Of a stretch of 64,000 nucleotides of DNA, positions 1 to 9,763 are shown in pieces. Source of the stretch: Bacteroidales bacterium (GTDB lineage Bacteria > Bacteroidota > Bacteroidia > Bacteroidales > VadinHA17); assembly GCA_049975425.1 (NCBI GenBank), contig JBNGDI010000003.1, positions 14,162 through 78,161 of the forward strand. Reading direction: 5' to 3'. A program made the position numbers and the translations under genes. Numbering within the stretch: the first letter of the stretch is position 1; each line of letters begins with the position of its first letter. Below the pieces are notes generated by a model. The model searched no databases. It was not told where the DNA came from and saw only the letters and a program-made list of their open reading frames with translations.

Positions 1-2186
1 AACTGTTCCGGGCCCGAAATCCCGTGCCATATACCGAACAGATCATATGCTTCGGTAACGAACAGCTGAGCATATCCGGTAAAATCCATTTCCAGGTAAA
101 ATTCAGCCCGGTTGGTCAGCACTTCCCCCCCCGGAAGAATGGCTTCCCCCAGATCGGACCGGTATGTATCAAAAGCGATCCTGATCAGATCGGTTACCTC
201 GAGCGCTGTGGCAAATTCGATCCGGACATGAAAAAAGGAGCGGGAAACAGCCGCTTCCACCCGGGTAATTTCACACCCTCCGGTTACCTCAGGCCACAGT
301 TCGAAATCGGGTGGCTCGGGATCAAAGCCCAGGAGCCCGAAATTTTGCTCCGGCCCGGTAATATTCTGCCAGAAAGGCCTTCGCCAGGGATCGGAATCAA
401 AAGGTTCGGTGATCCAGGTGTTTTTAAACCACTCATCAGTCCATGAAAAAAGAATGGCCCCGGCTCCCCCGGCCGAATAGATATTATTGAGCTGACGTAC
501 AAAATACTGTCCCTGGGCTTCCTCATCATGGTGGCCATGATCCATCCCGCTGTGGGAAAAATGTGCGTTTCCCCAGCTTGAAGGGACTCCGTATTCGGCA
601 ATGACCAGAGGAAGCCCGTTATAATGCTCCCGCAGGTCGTTCAGATAACCCACGTAGCTGTTGGGCCCTGAAGCATCTGAAAAGGTCTGGTATTCGGGAT
701 CTTCACTGATAAAATCGGGATAGTACGGGTAGGCATGGTAACTCACAAACAGGCCGGCCGGAGCTTCAACGGGCACAACACGGGTCATATCGAATGAAGC
801 GACATCTTCCTGTGTTTCAGCGGGCAGCTCGGTAGGATGATCCAGGGGATCCATGGTGGGCCAGCTTGAAAAACTTACCGGCCTTTGCGTAAAATAGGTA
901 TTCCTTTCATAAACTACCACCTGGTTCAGCCGGGCGGTGATCCAGGCCTCGACAGGGCTTCCGGAGGGAAGGCTGAAAGCTTCTCCGGAAAACGAAGCCG
1001 GATTGCCATGACCAGTATCGGTAGTCAGTACTTCATCGGGATGTATCTCTCTTCCAATGATGTATGCCAGCACCCATTCCGAAATATCTGCCGTGAATTC
1101 CCCGTAAGCTTTTCCATACCTTACAGGAATATCCCCGTTTCCGTGAACACAATCAATCACTTCGCCGATCTCCTGATCGAACTCGCCTGTGAGATTATAA
1201 AAATCCAGCCCGGGCACCTCTTCATTGAGCCACACTCCCTGGATCAGATAGAGCGGATTATCCGGATGAGCCAGGTTATAGGCAAGAAACTCTTCGTAAA
1301 ACCGCGGATAATGGAGGGTGTATACCCTGACGGCATTGAATCCGGCCTGTGCCATCCTTTCCAGCCAGTTGCGGTACTGTTCGCGGGTAATGGCCAACTC
1401 GCCGGGGAAAGTCCCCGGTACCGTTGCTCCCAGGTTCACACCCCTGAGAAAAACCGGATGGTATCCTGTCCCGTTCCAGACTCCGATTTCTTCACCCACG
1501 GCAGCAAAGGGTACCGAAATGATCCGGTGCACGGTAAAATCACAGGAAGCCTGTTCATCGAAACGGACCGAATCAGCCCGGAAGTCCCGGATATCTTCAC
1601 CGGTGATCTCCACGCGGTAATATACCGGATTTCTTCCGGCGGGCCTGTTGAGGAAGCAGCCGGCAGGATAACCTGTTGATGCCGAGGGATGATAAACCAC
1701 CCGGTTTGTTTGGAAAAGGCTGCCGGCAACAGTCTGAATAAAATAGACACCCGGCGCCATAGGGCTGCCCCGATCATTCCTTCCGTCCCAGGAAATTTCA
1801 TACAATCCGGGCGGAACATCGCCCTGCAGAAGGATTCTGACGGTTTTCCCCGCAGGGGATATGACCCTTGCCTGCACATGGGTCGGGGCCGGCAGGTGCA
1901 TCCAGCCTGAAACAGAAACCGAGAAAGGATTGGGATAAAAATCAAACAGTTCAGGGCCTTCCTGTGATCCGGAGGTCAGTACGGGCAAATCCACACTGTA
2001 ATAACCATCCTGGTCACTGTATACCACATAGACTTCTGTGGCATCATTCCCGGCCGTAAACTCCAGACGGGCATGGGCCACTCCCTGCCCGTACTGGTCA
2101 ACCACCCTTCCACCCACACACATACCCTGCCTGGGAAAAGGCAGGGTAAACCAGAGGCAAAAAAAAACGCGGAGCCACTTTTTCAT
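1..2186 (-). CDS. Secreted TIM-barrel glycoside-hydrolase-like protein with N-terminal CarboxypepD_reg-like and Ig-like (FlgD-Ig / T9SS-CTD-like) modules; C-terminus lies beyond the left window edge
   Basis: Absent from the ORF track because it has no stop inside the window. Manual minus-strand translation from the ATG at 2186-2184 gives MKKWLRVFFCLWFTLPFPRQG (signal-like). It continues with GRVVDQYGQGVAHARLEFTAGND..YSDQDGYYSVDL (CarboxypepD_reg-like), FYPNPFSVSVSG..GLYEISWDGRNDRGSPMAPGVYFIQ (Ig-like) and VFLRGVNLG..ITREQYRNWLERMAQAGFNAVRVYTLH (TIM-barrel hydrolase-like). The frame was checked open at both ends (bases 59-1 read VTEAYDLFGIWHGISGPEQ). The GH family is not assignable by eye. Confidence 0.65.
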   Translation of the reverse strand, partial: MKKWLRVFFCLWFTLPFPRQGMCVGGRVVDQYGQGVAHARLEFTAGNDATEVYVVYSDQDGYYSVDLPVLTSGSQEGPELFDFYPNPFSVSVSGWMHLPAPTHVQARVISPAGKTVRILLQGDVPPGLYEISWDGRNDRGSPMAPGVYFIQTVAGSLFQTNRVVYHPSASTGYPAGCFLNRPAGRNPVYYRVEITGEDIRDFRADSVRFDEQASCDFTVHRIISVPFAAVGEEIGVWNGTGYHPVFLRGVNLGATVPGTFPGELAITREQYRNWLERMAQAGFNAVRVYTLHYPRFYEEFLAYNLAHPDNPLYLIQGVWLNEEVPGLDFYNLTGEFDQEIGEVIDCVHGNGDIPVRYGKAYGEFTADISEWVLAYIIGREIHPDEVLTTDTGHGNPASFSGEAFSLPSGSPVEAWITARLNQVVVYERNTYFTQRPVSFSSWPTMDPLDHPTELPAETQEDVASFDMTRVVPVEAPAGLFVSYHAYPYYPDFISEDPEYQTFSDASGPNSYVGYLNDLREHYNGLPLVIAEYGVPSSWGNAHFSHSGMDHGHHDEEAQGQYFVRQLNNIYSAGGAGAILFSWTDEWFKNTWITEPFDSDPWRRPFWQNITGPEQNFGLLGFDPEPPDFELWPEVTGGCEITRVEAAVSRSFFHVRIEFATALEVTDLIRIAFDTYRSDLGEAILPGGEVLTNRAEFYLEMDFTGYAQLFVTEAYDLFGIWHGISGPEQ

Positions 2187-2281
2187 TCTGTTGAACCGAT
2201 CAGCCCATGTCTCAGGACTGTATCCGCTCAAAAATAATCATTATTGTCGAACCGGCGAAGCGCTCGGGTCGAATAACCCCG

Positions 2282-2773
2282 TCAGCCACCGGAAGCGGAC
2301 TTTCTTGCCTGAGAAGCAAGTTCTCCTATCTGAGAAGGGTGGAAATTGCCCTGGATTCTTACCATCACATTTTCTTCTCCGCTGACCACAATCAGCATTT
2401 CATTGATAATGTCTCCTGTTTCTTTTATCAGGATACATACGTTTTCATTCTTTTCATTCACCCTCATGATTTCTTCATACTCACCCGACCGGATCCATCC
2501 TGCCGATTCATCGATAAAATTAATCCTGCTGTTGAGAACCGGGTCTTCCACTACCAGTATCCACATCCGGTCCATATTCCTGATCAACTCCCTTTCAGGC
2601 TCCTCCATATCTCCCGCCAGCAGAGCTATTCTTAACACAATACGGGGGATCCTGAAGGAGGTGATCCCCTCTACCCCTGCATATTTTCTGTACAGCTTTG
2701 AAAATCCATCGCCTCCGGCAATAACCGGTAGTGTGGCGGCAAAGAGAAACAGGGCAATTATGCGTGTTTTCAT
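2282..2773 (-). CDS. DUF4252-like exported protein
   Basis: ORF 2282..2800, with the start moved to MKTRIIALFLFAATLPVIAG (signal peptide). The layout FSKLYRKYAGVEGITSF..LIRNMDRMWILVVED..SGEYEEIMRVNE..EMLIVVSGEENVMVRIQGNF matches the DUF4252 pattern as I remember it. Confidence 0.6.
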   Translation of the reverse strand: MKTRIIALFLFAATLPVIAGGDGFSKLYRKYAGVEGITSFRIPRIVLRIALLAGDMEEPERELIRNMDRMWILVVEDPVLNSRINFIDESAGWIRSGEYEEIMRVNEKNENVCILIKETGDIINEMLIVVSGEENVMVRIQGNFHPSQIGELASQARKSASGG

Positions 2774-2883
2774 GGCCTTCCAGTAATTGTTACCAACCAT
2801 AAGACGGATGAGGAAGTAAAAGATTACAGCCTGAATGAAAAAAGATCTTTGAACTCAAGGACAGGCGGCAATCCATTCTTCCC

Positions 2884-3630
2884 TTATTTCCCCATAATCC
2901 CGAACCTGTGAAAAAGGGATATTCTCGCCTCGTGTATTACAGGATCGTTACCGCCTGTGAAAAACGGTGTCAGCATATAGGTAAAACTCACTCCTATGCC
3001 GCTGGGAGTGTGGGCTATCATGGCATTCACTCCCCATTTTGTTTTCTGCAGATTGTATTCCCTCCAGTCTTTGTTCCGTATCACTTCTTTCACCTTCTCC
3101 CCGTCTTCCAGGTATTTCATTTTGTATTTACCGCTCAGGTACTGGTCAACAAAAGCCCCGCCTGAAATCATCATGGGACCCACTCTGAAAGTCATATCCA
3201 GTGGAAAATAAAATGATCCGTAAACCAGCTTGCTTTTTCCGTACCCGAAAAAAGTATTGACATAATCTCGGTTGGGAACCGGATCTTCCATTACCAATAT
3301 ATTTCCGAGAACTCTGGTAAATACGAGATTTTCCCTGAAACGGTATTTGTTGATGGCCACGCCTGCCCCCAGGCTGATGTGGGCATGTTCAAAACCAACA
3401 GAAATCAGGTCAAAGGAATATCTGCCCGTAAAGGCATCGAACATAAATCCCGAACCAAACCCGTCAATGGTTGTGGCAAACCTTTCGGCATCCTCCCCCA
3501 GGAAGAAGTTGTAAGCCAGTCCGGCATCATTCCTCGAAAATTCCAGGAATTTCACATCGAAATCATTCTGTGCCCGGGTATGTGAAATACCCAGAGCAAC
3601 GATCATAAAACAGAAAGTAATTTTTTTCAT
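2884..3630 (-). CDS. Outer-membrane beta-barrel-like protein (family unassigned)
   Basis: ORF 2884..3723, with the start moved to MKKITFCFMIVALGISHTRAQ (signal peptide). Gly/aromatic-rich alternating strand pattern throughout (GFGSGFMFDAFTGRYSFDL, GAGVAINKYRF, KLVYGSFYFPLDMTF). Confidence 0.5.
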   Translation of the reverse strand: MKKITFCFMIVALGISHTRAQNDFDVKFLEFSRNDAGLAYNFFLGEDAERFATTIDGFGSGFMFDAFTGRYSFDLISVGFEHAHISLGAGVAINKYRFRENLVFTRVLGNILVMEDPVPNRDYVNTFFGYGKSKLVYGSFYFPLDMTFRVGPMMISGGAFVDQYLSGKYKMKYLEDGEKVKEVIRNKDWREYNLQKTKWGVNAMIAHTPSGIGVSFTYMLTPFFTGGNDPVIHEARISLFHRFGIMGK

Positions 3631-3736
3631 CTCGGTATCCATTCTGGTTTCAATAACAAAATAAGAAAAAAATGCCTTAAAATGAGAAAAGGGCCATAAA
3701 CCATGTTTTTTTTCTATTTTCATGTTTTGAACTCAT

Positions 3737-6133
3737 ATGTGTTCTATGTACGGCAAAACCCTCAACCGGAGATGTTTCATCAGGCTCAGTGCCCTGTCAG
3801 GCAGTTCGTTGCTGGCCGCCGGAGGATTTCTGAGCTGCCTGGGAGGGAAGAAAGGAGAACCGGCCGAAGCCGTTTCGTTTGACGACGGTGTAAAAATGAT
3901 CAGGGCAGGCTGTCCGGCCCACAATTGCGGTGGACGTTGCCTGCTCAGCGTTTATGTTAAAGACAACAAAATCATTCGCATAGAAACAGATGAGCGGCCT
4001 GATACTCCCGAAGATCCGCAATTGAGGGCCTGTATCAGGGGAAGAGCATACCGCAAAAGGCAGGATCACCCCGGCCGATTGTTATACCCGATGAAAAGAA
4101 CCGGCCGGCGCGGGGAGGGAAGGTTCGAACGCATCGGCTGGGAGGAGGCCCTGGATATGCTGGCCGCAGAGATCAGAAGGGTGAAAGGTGCCTACGGTAA
4201 TGAATCCATCCTGATTCCATACGGGACCGGAAGTTACAATCAGATTAACGGACGGCAAACAGCCGTAAGGCTGATGAACCTGGTTGGGGGCAGCCTGGGG
4301 TATTACAACAGCTATTCCTGGGCCTGTATCAGCCAGGCCACACCCTATATCTATGGCACAAACATTACGGGAAACCAGCGGCAGGACTGGCTTCATTCGA
4401 AATACATCCTGATGTGGGGATGGAACCCGGCCGAGATGCGTGACGGCACCAACAGCGAATATTTTATCAGGAAAGCCCGTGAAAACGGGGCCAGGGTGGT
4501 ATGTATCGATCCGCGCATGACCATGAGCGCAGTATCCCTTGCCGACGAATGGATCCCCATCAGGCCGGGAACCGATGTGGCCATGATGAGCGCTATGGCG
4601 TGGGTTATGATCAGGGAAAGGCTGATCGACCGTTCATTCATTAATGCTTACTGTGTGGGCTTTGACAGGGATCATATGCCTCCGGGTTGTGAAAATGAAG
4701 AAAGTTATGAGGATTATATCCTGGGAACGCGGGACGGGACAGAAAAAAAACCCGAATGGGCCTCGGCGCTAACCGGTATTCCGGCCAACACCATTGTGCG
4801 GATAGCCAGGGAGTATGCCACCGTAAAGCCGGCCATGCTGTATCAGGGGTATGGCATGCAGAGAAGGGCTTACGGAGAGCAACCGGTACTGGCCGGCTGT
4901 GTGCTCGCAGCCATTACAGGTAATTTCGGTATACAGGGCGGATGGGCCAGCGGCATGGGGTTGCAGGCTCCAGACGGAGGACCTTTCTGGAACCTGTTTC
5001 CCACCGGAACGAACCCGGTGAAAGCGACCATACCCGTTTTTCTCTGGACGGAGGCCATTCTCCGCGGTAAAGATATGGGTCCGGAAGACGGTGTTCGGGG
5101 GGCTGAAAAACTGCATACCAACATCAAACTGATCTGGGCAGTTGCATCGAATATTCTTATTAATCAGCACAGCCATGTGAACAGGTCGGCCCGGATCCTG
5201 CGCGATCCCTCCCTGGTGGAATTTATTGCGGTACAGGACCAGTTCCTTACACCCTCGGCCCGTTTTGCCGACCTGGTTTTGCCTGTAAGCACCCAGTTTG
5301 AGACCTGGGGAGTGGAAGACGGCTGGAAATACGGGGACGAAGCGATAATCATGCCCAAAATCCTGGATCCTCCGGGAGAATGCAAATCCGATTATGAAAT
5401 ATGTACCGGAGTGGCAGAAAAACTGGGAGTTAAAGACCTGTATACCGAAGGAAGAACGGAACGCGACTGGATCGAATGGTGCATTGAACAGTACAGAAAC
5501 ACCCGTTTCCCCGACATCCCCGGACTGGACACCCTTCTGAAGGATAACAGAGGGGTATTCTCAAAACCCGTAACCGAACCCGCTGTTGCTTTTAAAGATT
5601 TCCGCAAAGATCCCGTAAATCATCCGCTGAACACTCCTACCGGAAAGATTGAAATTTTTTCCAAAAGACTTTTCAGCATGAACAATCCGGCGGAAATCCC
5701 GGCCGTGCCCAAGTACATCCAGGAATGGGAGAGTCCGTTCGGACCCGAAAGCAGGAAATTCCCGCTGCAAGCCATGGGTCATCATTACATGCCGCGGGTA
5801 CATTCCACACATGCCAACAATGAATGGACCTGTGAAGCCTTCCCCCAGAGGGTATTTATGAACCCCCTGGACGCCGAAGCCAGGGGTATACGCAACGGCG
5901 ACCGGGTAAAAGTTTACAACGAGCGGGGTGCGCTGGTGCTGCCATGCCGTATTACCCGGCGTATCATGCCCGGGGTGGTTGACATTCCGCAGGGTGCCTG
6001 GTGGAACCCTGATGAGAACGGGCTGGACCATGGTGGATGTATCAACGTGCTGACCAGTGAAAGATGGACACCCCTGGCTTTCGGAAACGCACAGCATACC
6101 ATCATGGTGGAAATGGAAAAATATACAGCATGA
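3737..6133 (+). CDS. dmsA: Tat-exported molybdopterin oxidoreductase catalytic subunit, DmsA/YnfE-like (S-/N-oxide reductase family; substrate unknown)
   Basis: 798-aa ORF with twin-arginine leader LNRRCFIRLSALSGSSLLAAGG and an N-terminal Cys group CPAHNCGGRC. Its size and order (followed by DmsB- and DmsC-like genes) fit DMSO-reductase-family type II enzymes. Confidence 0.8.
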   Translation: MCSMYGKTLNRRCFIRLSALSGSSLLAAGGFLSCLGGKKGEPAEAVSFDDGVKMIRAGCPAHNCGGRCLLSVYVKDNKIIRIETDERPDTPEDPQLRACIRGRAYRKRQDHPGRLLYPMKRTGRRGEGRFERIGWEEALDMLAAEIRRVKGAYGNESILIPYGTGSYNQINGRQTAVRLMNLVGGSLGYYNSYSWACISQATPYIYGTNITGNQRQDWLHSKYILMWGWNPAEMRDGTNSEYFIRKARENGARVVCIDPRMTMSAVSLADEWIPIRPGTDVAMMSAMAWVMIRERLIDRSFINAYCVGFDRDHMPPGCENEESYEDYILGTRDGTEKKPEWASALTGIPANTIVRIAREYATVKPAMLYQGYGMQRRAYGEQPVLAGCVLAAITGNFGIQGGWASGMGLQAPDGGPFWNLFPTGTNPVKATIPVFLWTEAILRGKDMGPEDGVRGAEKLHTNIKLIWAVASNILINQHSHVNRSARILRDPSLVEFIAVQDQFLTPSARFADLVLPVSTQFETWGVEDGWKYGDEAIIMPKILDPPGECKSDYEICTGVAEKLGVKDLYTEGRTERDWIEWCIEQYRNTRFPDIPGLDTLLKDNRGVFSKPVTEPAVAFKDFRKDPVNHPLNTPTGKIEIFSKRLFSMNNPAEIPAVPKYIQEWESPFGPESRKFPLQAMGHHYMPRVHSTHANNEWTCEAFPQRVFMNPLDAEARGIRNGDRVKVYNERGALVLPCRITRRIMPGVVDIPQGAWWNPDENGLDHGGCINVLTSERWTPLAFGNAQHTIMVEMEKYTA

Positions 6134-6753
6134 AGCAACTGGCATTTTATTTCGATTCACAATACTGTTCAGGCTGCAAAACCTGCCAGGTAGCCTGCAA
6201 AGACAAGAACGATCTGGGGCCGGGTATCCTGTGGAGGAGGGTTTACGAAATCGGTGGAGGAACCTGGAAAAAAGAGGGAGAAGCCTGGGTTCATGATATT
6301 TTTACCTACAATCTGTCTATGTCGTGCAACCACTGCGACGACCCCATCTGTCTTCGTGTATGTCCCACCGGGGCCGTTGAAAAAAGGGAAGACGGCATAG
6401 TACGGATCGATCAGAATAAATGCATGGGCTGCCGGTACTGCGAGTGGGCCTGTCCATACGGTTCACCCCGTTTCGATGAAGGAAAGGGGCTGATGGGCAA
6501 ATGTGACATGTGCTGTGACTATATTGATCAGGGAAAGATGCCGGTATGTGTCAGTTCCTGCCCCATGAGAGCACTTGACTTTGGCCGGTACGAAGACCTT
6601 CTGGAAAAATACGGGAACCAGGAGAATATTTATCCCCTGCCCGATCCGGAAATTACAAGGCCCCGCATGATAGTGCACCCGCACCCGGCTCATGCTCAGG
6701 GCACGAACAGAAACCCACACATCATCAACAGGGAGGAGGTGGGAATTGGATAA
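6130..6753 (+). CDS. dmsB: 4x[4Fe-4S] electron-transfer subunit, DmsB-like
   Basis: ORF 6064..6753, with the start set to ATG 6130 (MKQLAFYFDSQYCSGCKTCQVACKD), which overlaps the dmsA stop as ATGA. Four Cys clusters are present: CSGCKTCQVAC, CNHCDDPICLRVCP, CMGCRYCEWACP and CDMCCD..PVCVSSCP. Confidence 0.85.
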   Translation: MKQLAFYFDSQYCSGCKTCQVACKDKNDLGPGILWRRVYEIGGGTWKKEGEAWVHDIFTYNLSMSCNHCDDPICLRVCPTGAVEKREDGIVRIDQNKCMGCRYCEWACPYGSPRFDEGKGLMGKCDMCCDYIDQGKMPVCVSSCPMRALDFGRYEDLLEKYGNQENIYPLPDPEITRPRMIVHPHPAHAQGTNRNPHIINREEVGIG

Positions 6754-7570
6754 GCACATCTGGAGCCTGGTGGTATTCGGGCTGCTCGCCCAGTCGGGAG
6801 CAGGAATCTGGATGACAACTGAGCTGATCCTGCTGACCCCCTCTTTTGCTGTGACTCAGGAAACAGAGCAGCTGGTCAGGAAAATCTACCTTACCGTATT
6901 CATCCTCCTGATTGTTTCCCTGATCATTTCTTTTTTCCATCTGGGTTATCCGAGGCATTTTTTTCATGCCCTGAACAATCTGGGAAGTTCCTGGCTCAGC
7001 CGGGAAATTCTGGCTCTCTCGCTTTTCCTTTTCTTTCTTGCTTTGGTTAACCTCACGGGATATTTTACGCACAAAATACCACCGGCAAATATTCTACTCA
7101 GGACCGGATGCACCCTGTCGGCCATATTTCTTCTCGTCTCCATGTCAAAACTGTACATGCTGGAAACCGTCCCCTCATGGAATACCTTTCACACTCCCCG
7201 GGCATTCGTACTCACATCCCTGCTGGCCGGAGCGGGTTTCGTTCTGTTTACCGGCCTGATTCCCGTGCCGCAAACTACATGGGGAAGGGTTTTTTCATCG
7301 GCAGCGTTTGTCCTGATCCTTCTGAGCCTGATAAACCAAATTACCTGGCCGGGCATGGAAGGATTCAGTAACCCCGTTTTTATGATCGGGGCACTGACGG
7401 GAGCCATGGCAGGGATCATTTACCTGTACCTCACTTTTTCCCAATCACCGCCCGGGATACAGGTACACGGAATCATTCTTCTGCCGGCACTGGCCTTTAT
7501 CCTGGCGGCTGTATCGGAGATCCTGGCACGTATCCGGTTCTTCAGCGCTTTCTTACGTACAGGAGTATAA
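6746..7570 (+). CDS. dmsC: Polytopic membrane anchor subunit, DmsC-like
   Basis: ORF 6692..7570. The probable TTG start at 6746 is preceded by GGAGGAGG and overlaps the dmsB end. The protein is very hydrophobic with multiple helices (WSLVVFGLLAQSGAGIWMTT, IYLTVFILLIVSLIISFF and others) and no cofactor Cys motifs. Its position and size fit a quinol-oxidising anchor. The start is uncertain (6692 or 6746). Confidence 0.65.
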   Translation: MDKHIWSLVVFGLLAQSGAGIWMTTELILLTPSFAVTQETEQLVRKIYLTVFILLIVSLIISFFHLGYPRHFFHALNNLGSSWLSREILALSLFLFFLALVNLTGYFTHKIPPANILLRTGCTLSAIFLLVSMSKLYMLETVPSWNTFHTPRAFVLTSLLAGAGFVLFTGLIPVPQTTWGRVFSSAAFVLILLSLINQITWPGMEGFSNPVFMIGALTGAMAGIIYLYLTFSQSPPGIQVHGIILLPALAFILAAVSEILARIRFFSAFLRTGV

Positions 7571-7588
7571 TTCAGGGACGTTTTCTGG

Positions 7589-9595
7589 TCAGTATCTGGG
7601 AAGAATAAACCTGATATCTTCGGGTTCCCAGTCCAGCTTCCGGACAGTCAGTTCAGGAGTATACTGCAGGAGCCAGAATTTCCTGTTTTCAAAGCCATCG
7701 GAAAGATTCTGGCGGGTAAAATGGTATTCAGTATGCAGGAGGTCCTCCTGATGGGTAGGCAGGCAATAATAGCAGTCTTCTCCGTATTTCAGGAAGGAAG
7801 AAAGGAAATAACTCATGATATCGTATCCATCCCAGGCAAAACTGAAAGGCGGAGGTTCGGTATTGTACCTTTCGCGGAATGCGGCCAGGAATTCAAGTAC
7901 ATCAGGCTCATTCAGGCCGATAAAATTACTGCTGAATAGCCTCAGCTGAAGTTCAAAGAAAGCATCCAGGTCGATATTCTCGAACCGCTGCCATGCAGAC
8001 ATTCCCAACAGCTTGATGTCATACTCCTTCGACAGGTTGTGAAGATTACCTACTACACGGGTAACAAAGGGCTCATCCTCTGAAAGAACCAGCACCACAT
8101 TTTCCAGCTGCGATGACAGGGCATGTTCTAATGTATTTACCGTATCGAGGGCAGGGTGCCGGCGCTCGTACTGTACTTCCTTAAAAGGGATTTCGTGGGC
8201 AAAGGACTGGAAAGAAAGCCGGTTGAACAGGTTTCGCTTGAAATATTCCACCTGGTATATCCTGAGGCTGTCACCTCCGTGCACCAGTACCAGGTTGGTA
8301 TTCCTGAATTCCGCCATATACCTTGCCAGCATGTCCAGCTCACTTATGAGGGTAGTTTGCACCTGAAACACATAAGGATTCCCCTGTAGCACCTGGTTAT
8401 TGGATGAAAGGGGCGAGACTACAGGGATCCGGTGATCTTCGGCGAAACGTGCCACCGTCTGTAAATTGGATGGATAGGAGGTGAAAACCGGTCCGATGAT
8501 CAGGTCCATATTCCTCATATCCCGCCGGTCAAGTACGGCCCTAACCGTAGCGCTGTCACGCTCCGTATCGTAGACATACAGATTCACTGAAAGACCCTGT
8601 TCCACCAGCCGGTTCACTGCCAGCAGGGCACCCTCGTAAAACTCAATGTAATTATAGGAGCGAGGATAAATCCAGTCGGGATCGCGTTCAATGGTCCTGT
8701 ATATTTTTTCCCCGTGCTGGTTCACCTCAGAAGAATCAATGTAGGAACGCTCATCATTGGCTTCAAGATAAAATGGCAGAAAAAGGGCAACATTCACTCT
8801 TTTTCTTACTGGTGCCGTGCTCAGCGACTGGCATTCCCTGATCAGCATCAATTCTTCGTAATCACTTCTCAGGCCCGGTTCGGTAAAAACAGAATCCACC
8901 GCTGCCGAGTCTACCCCGGTAACCCCTATTATGGATCCTGTAACCGGTTCCTCCCGGGGAATCCGTATAACCATACCGGTGCGTAATCCACCGGGCAATC
9001 CATTGTTTGCCTGCCTGATCAGCCTTACCGGCACATGATATTTCCGGCTGAGCGAAGAAAGGGTTTCCCTGGGCTCAACCCGGTGATAGAGGTATTCAGG
9101 AAACTGCCTGCTGAAATCCTCCACCGGCGACTGAAAAGTTTTCCGGGGAATGCGAATGACCTGCCCCACCGGTATATCATCAATCGACAAATTGGGATTG
9201 TAATGAATAATATCGTCAACAGTTACCTGGTATTCCCTTGACAGAGAAAATACTGTCTGGCCGGGTTCCATCCGGTGGTATATAAAATTTGCCAGGCTGT
9301 CCTGATATTCCTGCCTGGGATCTGGCTCGGAATGTATCAGAGGGATCTTCAAAACCATGTCGGCTTTCAGGCCCATCATGATCATAGGGTTTTCCCTTGA
9401 TATCTCCACCTGGGAAACCTCATACGCCCTGCTGATGGAATACAGGGTTTCTCCGGGCTTGACGATATGAATATAATAAGGCTTTCCGTCGATCATCACC
9501 CTGTTCACCGATTTTTCCACCCGAACAGGCTCCACCTGGGACATGGCAGGAAGTAACAGGAACGCCAGCATCAGCAAAGACAATACTAGCCTCAT
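7589..9595 (-). CDS. Exported protein with three LysM repeats fused to a type-1 periplasmic-binding-protein-like domain
   Basis: ORF 7589..9631, with the start moved to MRLVLSLLMLAFLLLPAMSQ (signal peptide). Three LysM-like units are present: YYIHIVKPGETLYSISRAYEVS..VLKIP, YHRMEPGQTVFSLSREYQVT..VIRIP and YHRVEPRETLSSLSRKYHVP..VIRIP. The C-terminal ~400 aa (VNVALFLPFYLE..DLIIGPVF..) resembles Leu/Ile/Val-binding-type PBP folds. Confidence 0.7.
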   Translation of the reverse strand: MRLVLSLLMLAFLLLPAMSQVEPVRVEKSVNRVMIDGKPYYIHIVKPGETLYSISRAYEVSQVEISRENPMIMMGLKADMVLKIPLIHSEPDPRQEYQDSLANFIYHRMEPGQTVFSLSREYQVTVDDIIHYNPNLSIDDIPVGQVIRIPRKTFQSPVEDFSRQFPEYLYHRVEPRETLSSLSRKYHVPVRLIRQANNGLPGGLRTGMVIRIPREEPVTGSIIGVTGVDSAAVDSVFTEPGLRSDYEELMLIRECQSLSTAPVRKRVNVALFLPFYLEANDERSYIDSSEVNQHGEKIYRTIERDPDWIYPRSYNYIEFYEGALLAVNRLVEQGLSVNLYVYDTERDSATVRAVLDRRDMRNMDLIIGPVFTSYPSNLQTVARFAEDHRIPVVSPLSSNNQVLQGNPYVFQVQTTLISELDMLARYMAEFRNTNLVLVHGGDSLRIYQVEYFKRNLFNRLSFQSFAHEIPFKEVQYERRHPALDTVNTLEHALSSQLENVVLVLSEDEPFVTRVVGNLHNLSKEYDIKLLGMSAWQRFENIDLDAFFELQLRLFSSNFIGLNEPDVLEFLAAFRERYNTEPPPFSFAWDGYDIMSYFLSSFLKYGEDCYYCLPTHQEDLLHTEYHFTRQNLSDGFENRKFWLLQYTPELTVRKLDWEPEDIRFILPRY

Positions 9596-9763
9596 ATTTT
9601 TCGGTCCTTTCTCGCGCAGGTGTAAGTTCATGCAGAATACCCTTGTTAGGCCCGCAAATTAGTAAAATTTTCCGGCACCCGTGGTATCTGTCTTCAACAA
9701 TTCCGTGTTACACCGGGAATTGTTCCGGCCGGGGATGGGAAAACATTCAGCCCCGTGCAAACT

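Noticed and set aside
885-1945. ORFs 885..1679 (+), 1318..1620 (+), 1436..1945 (-) and neighbours at the left end
   Set aside because: All lie inside, or in other frames of, the 2186-nt open frame of the glycoside-hydrolase-like gene. That gene was missed by the ORF track because it runs off the edge, and its translation has coherent domain structure.
9696-9724. Hairpin AACAATTCC-N11-GGAATTGTT after the ferritin-like gene as a rho-independent terminator
   Set aside because: It is a good 9-bp stem, but no U-tract follows on the minus strand (it reads GAAGAC), so I do not call it a terminator. It may still be an RNA-stabilising hairpin.
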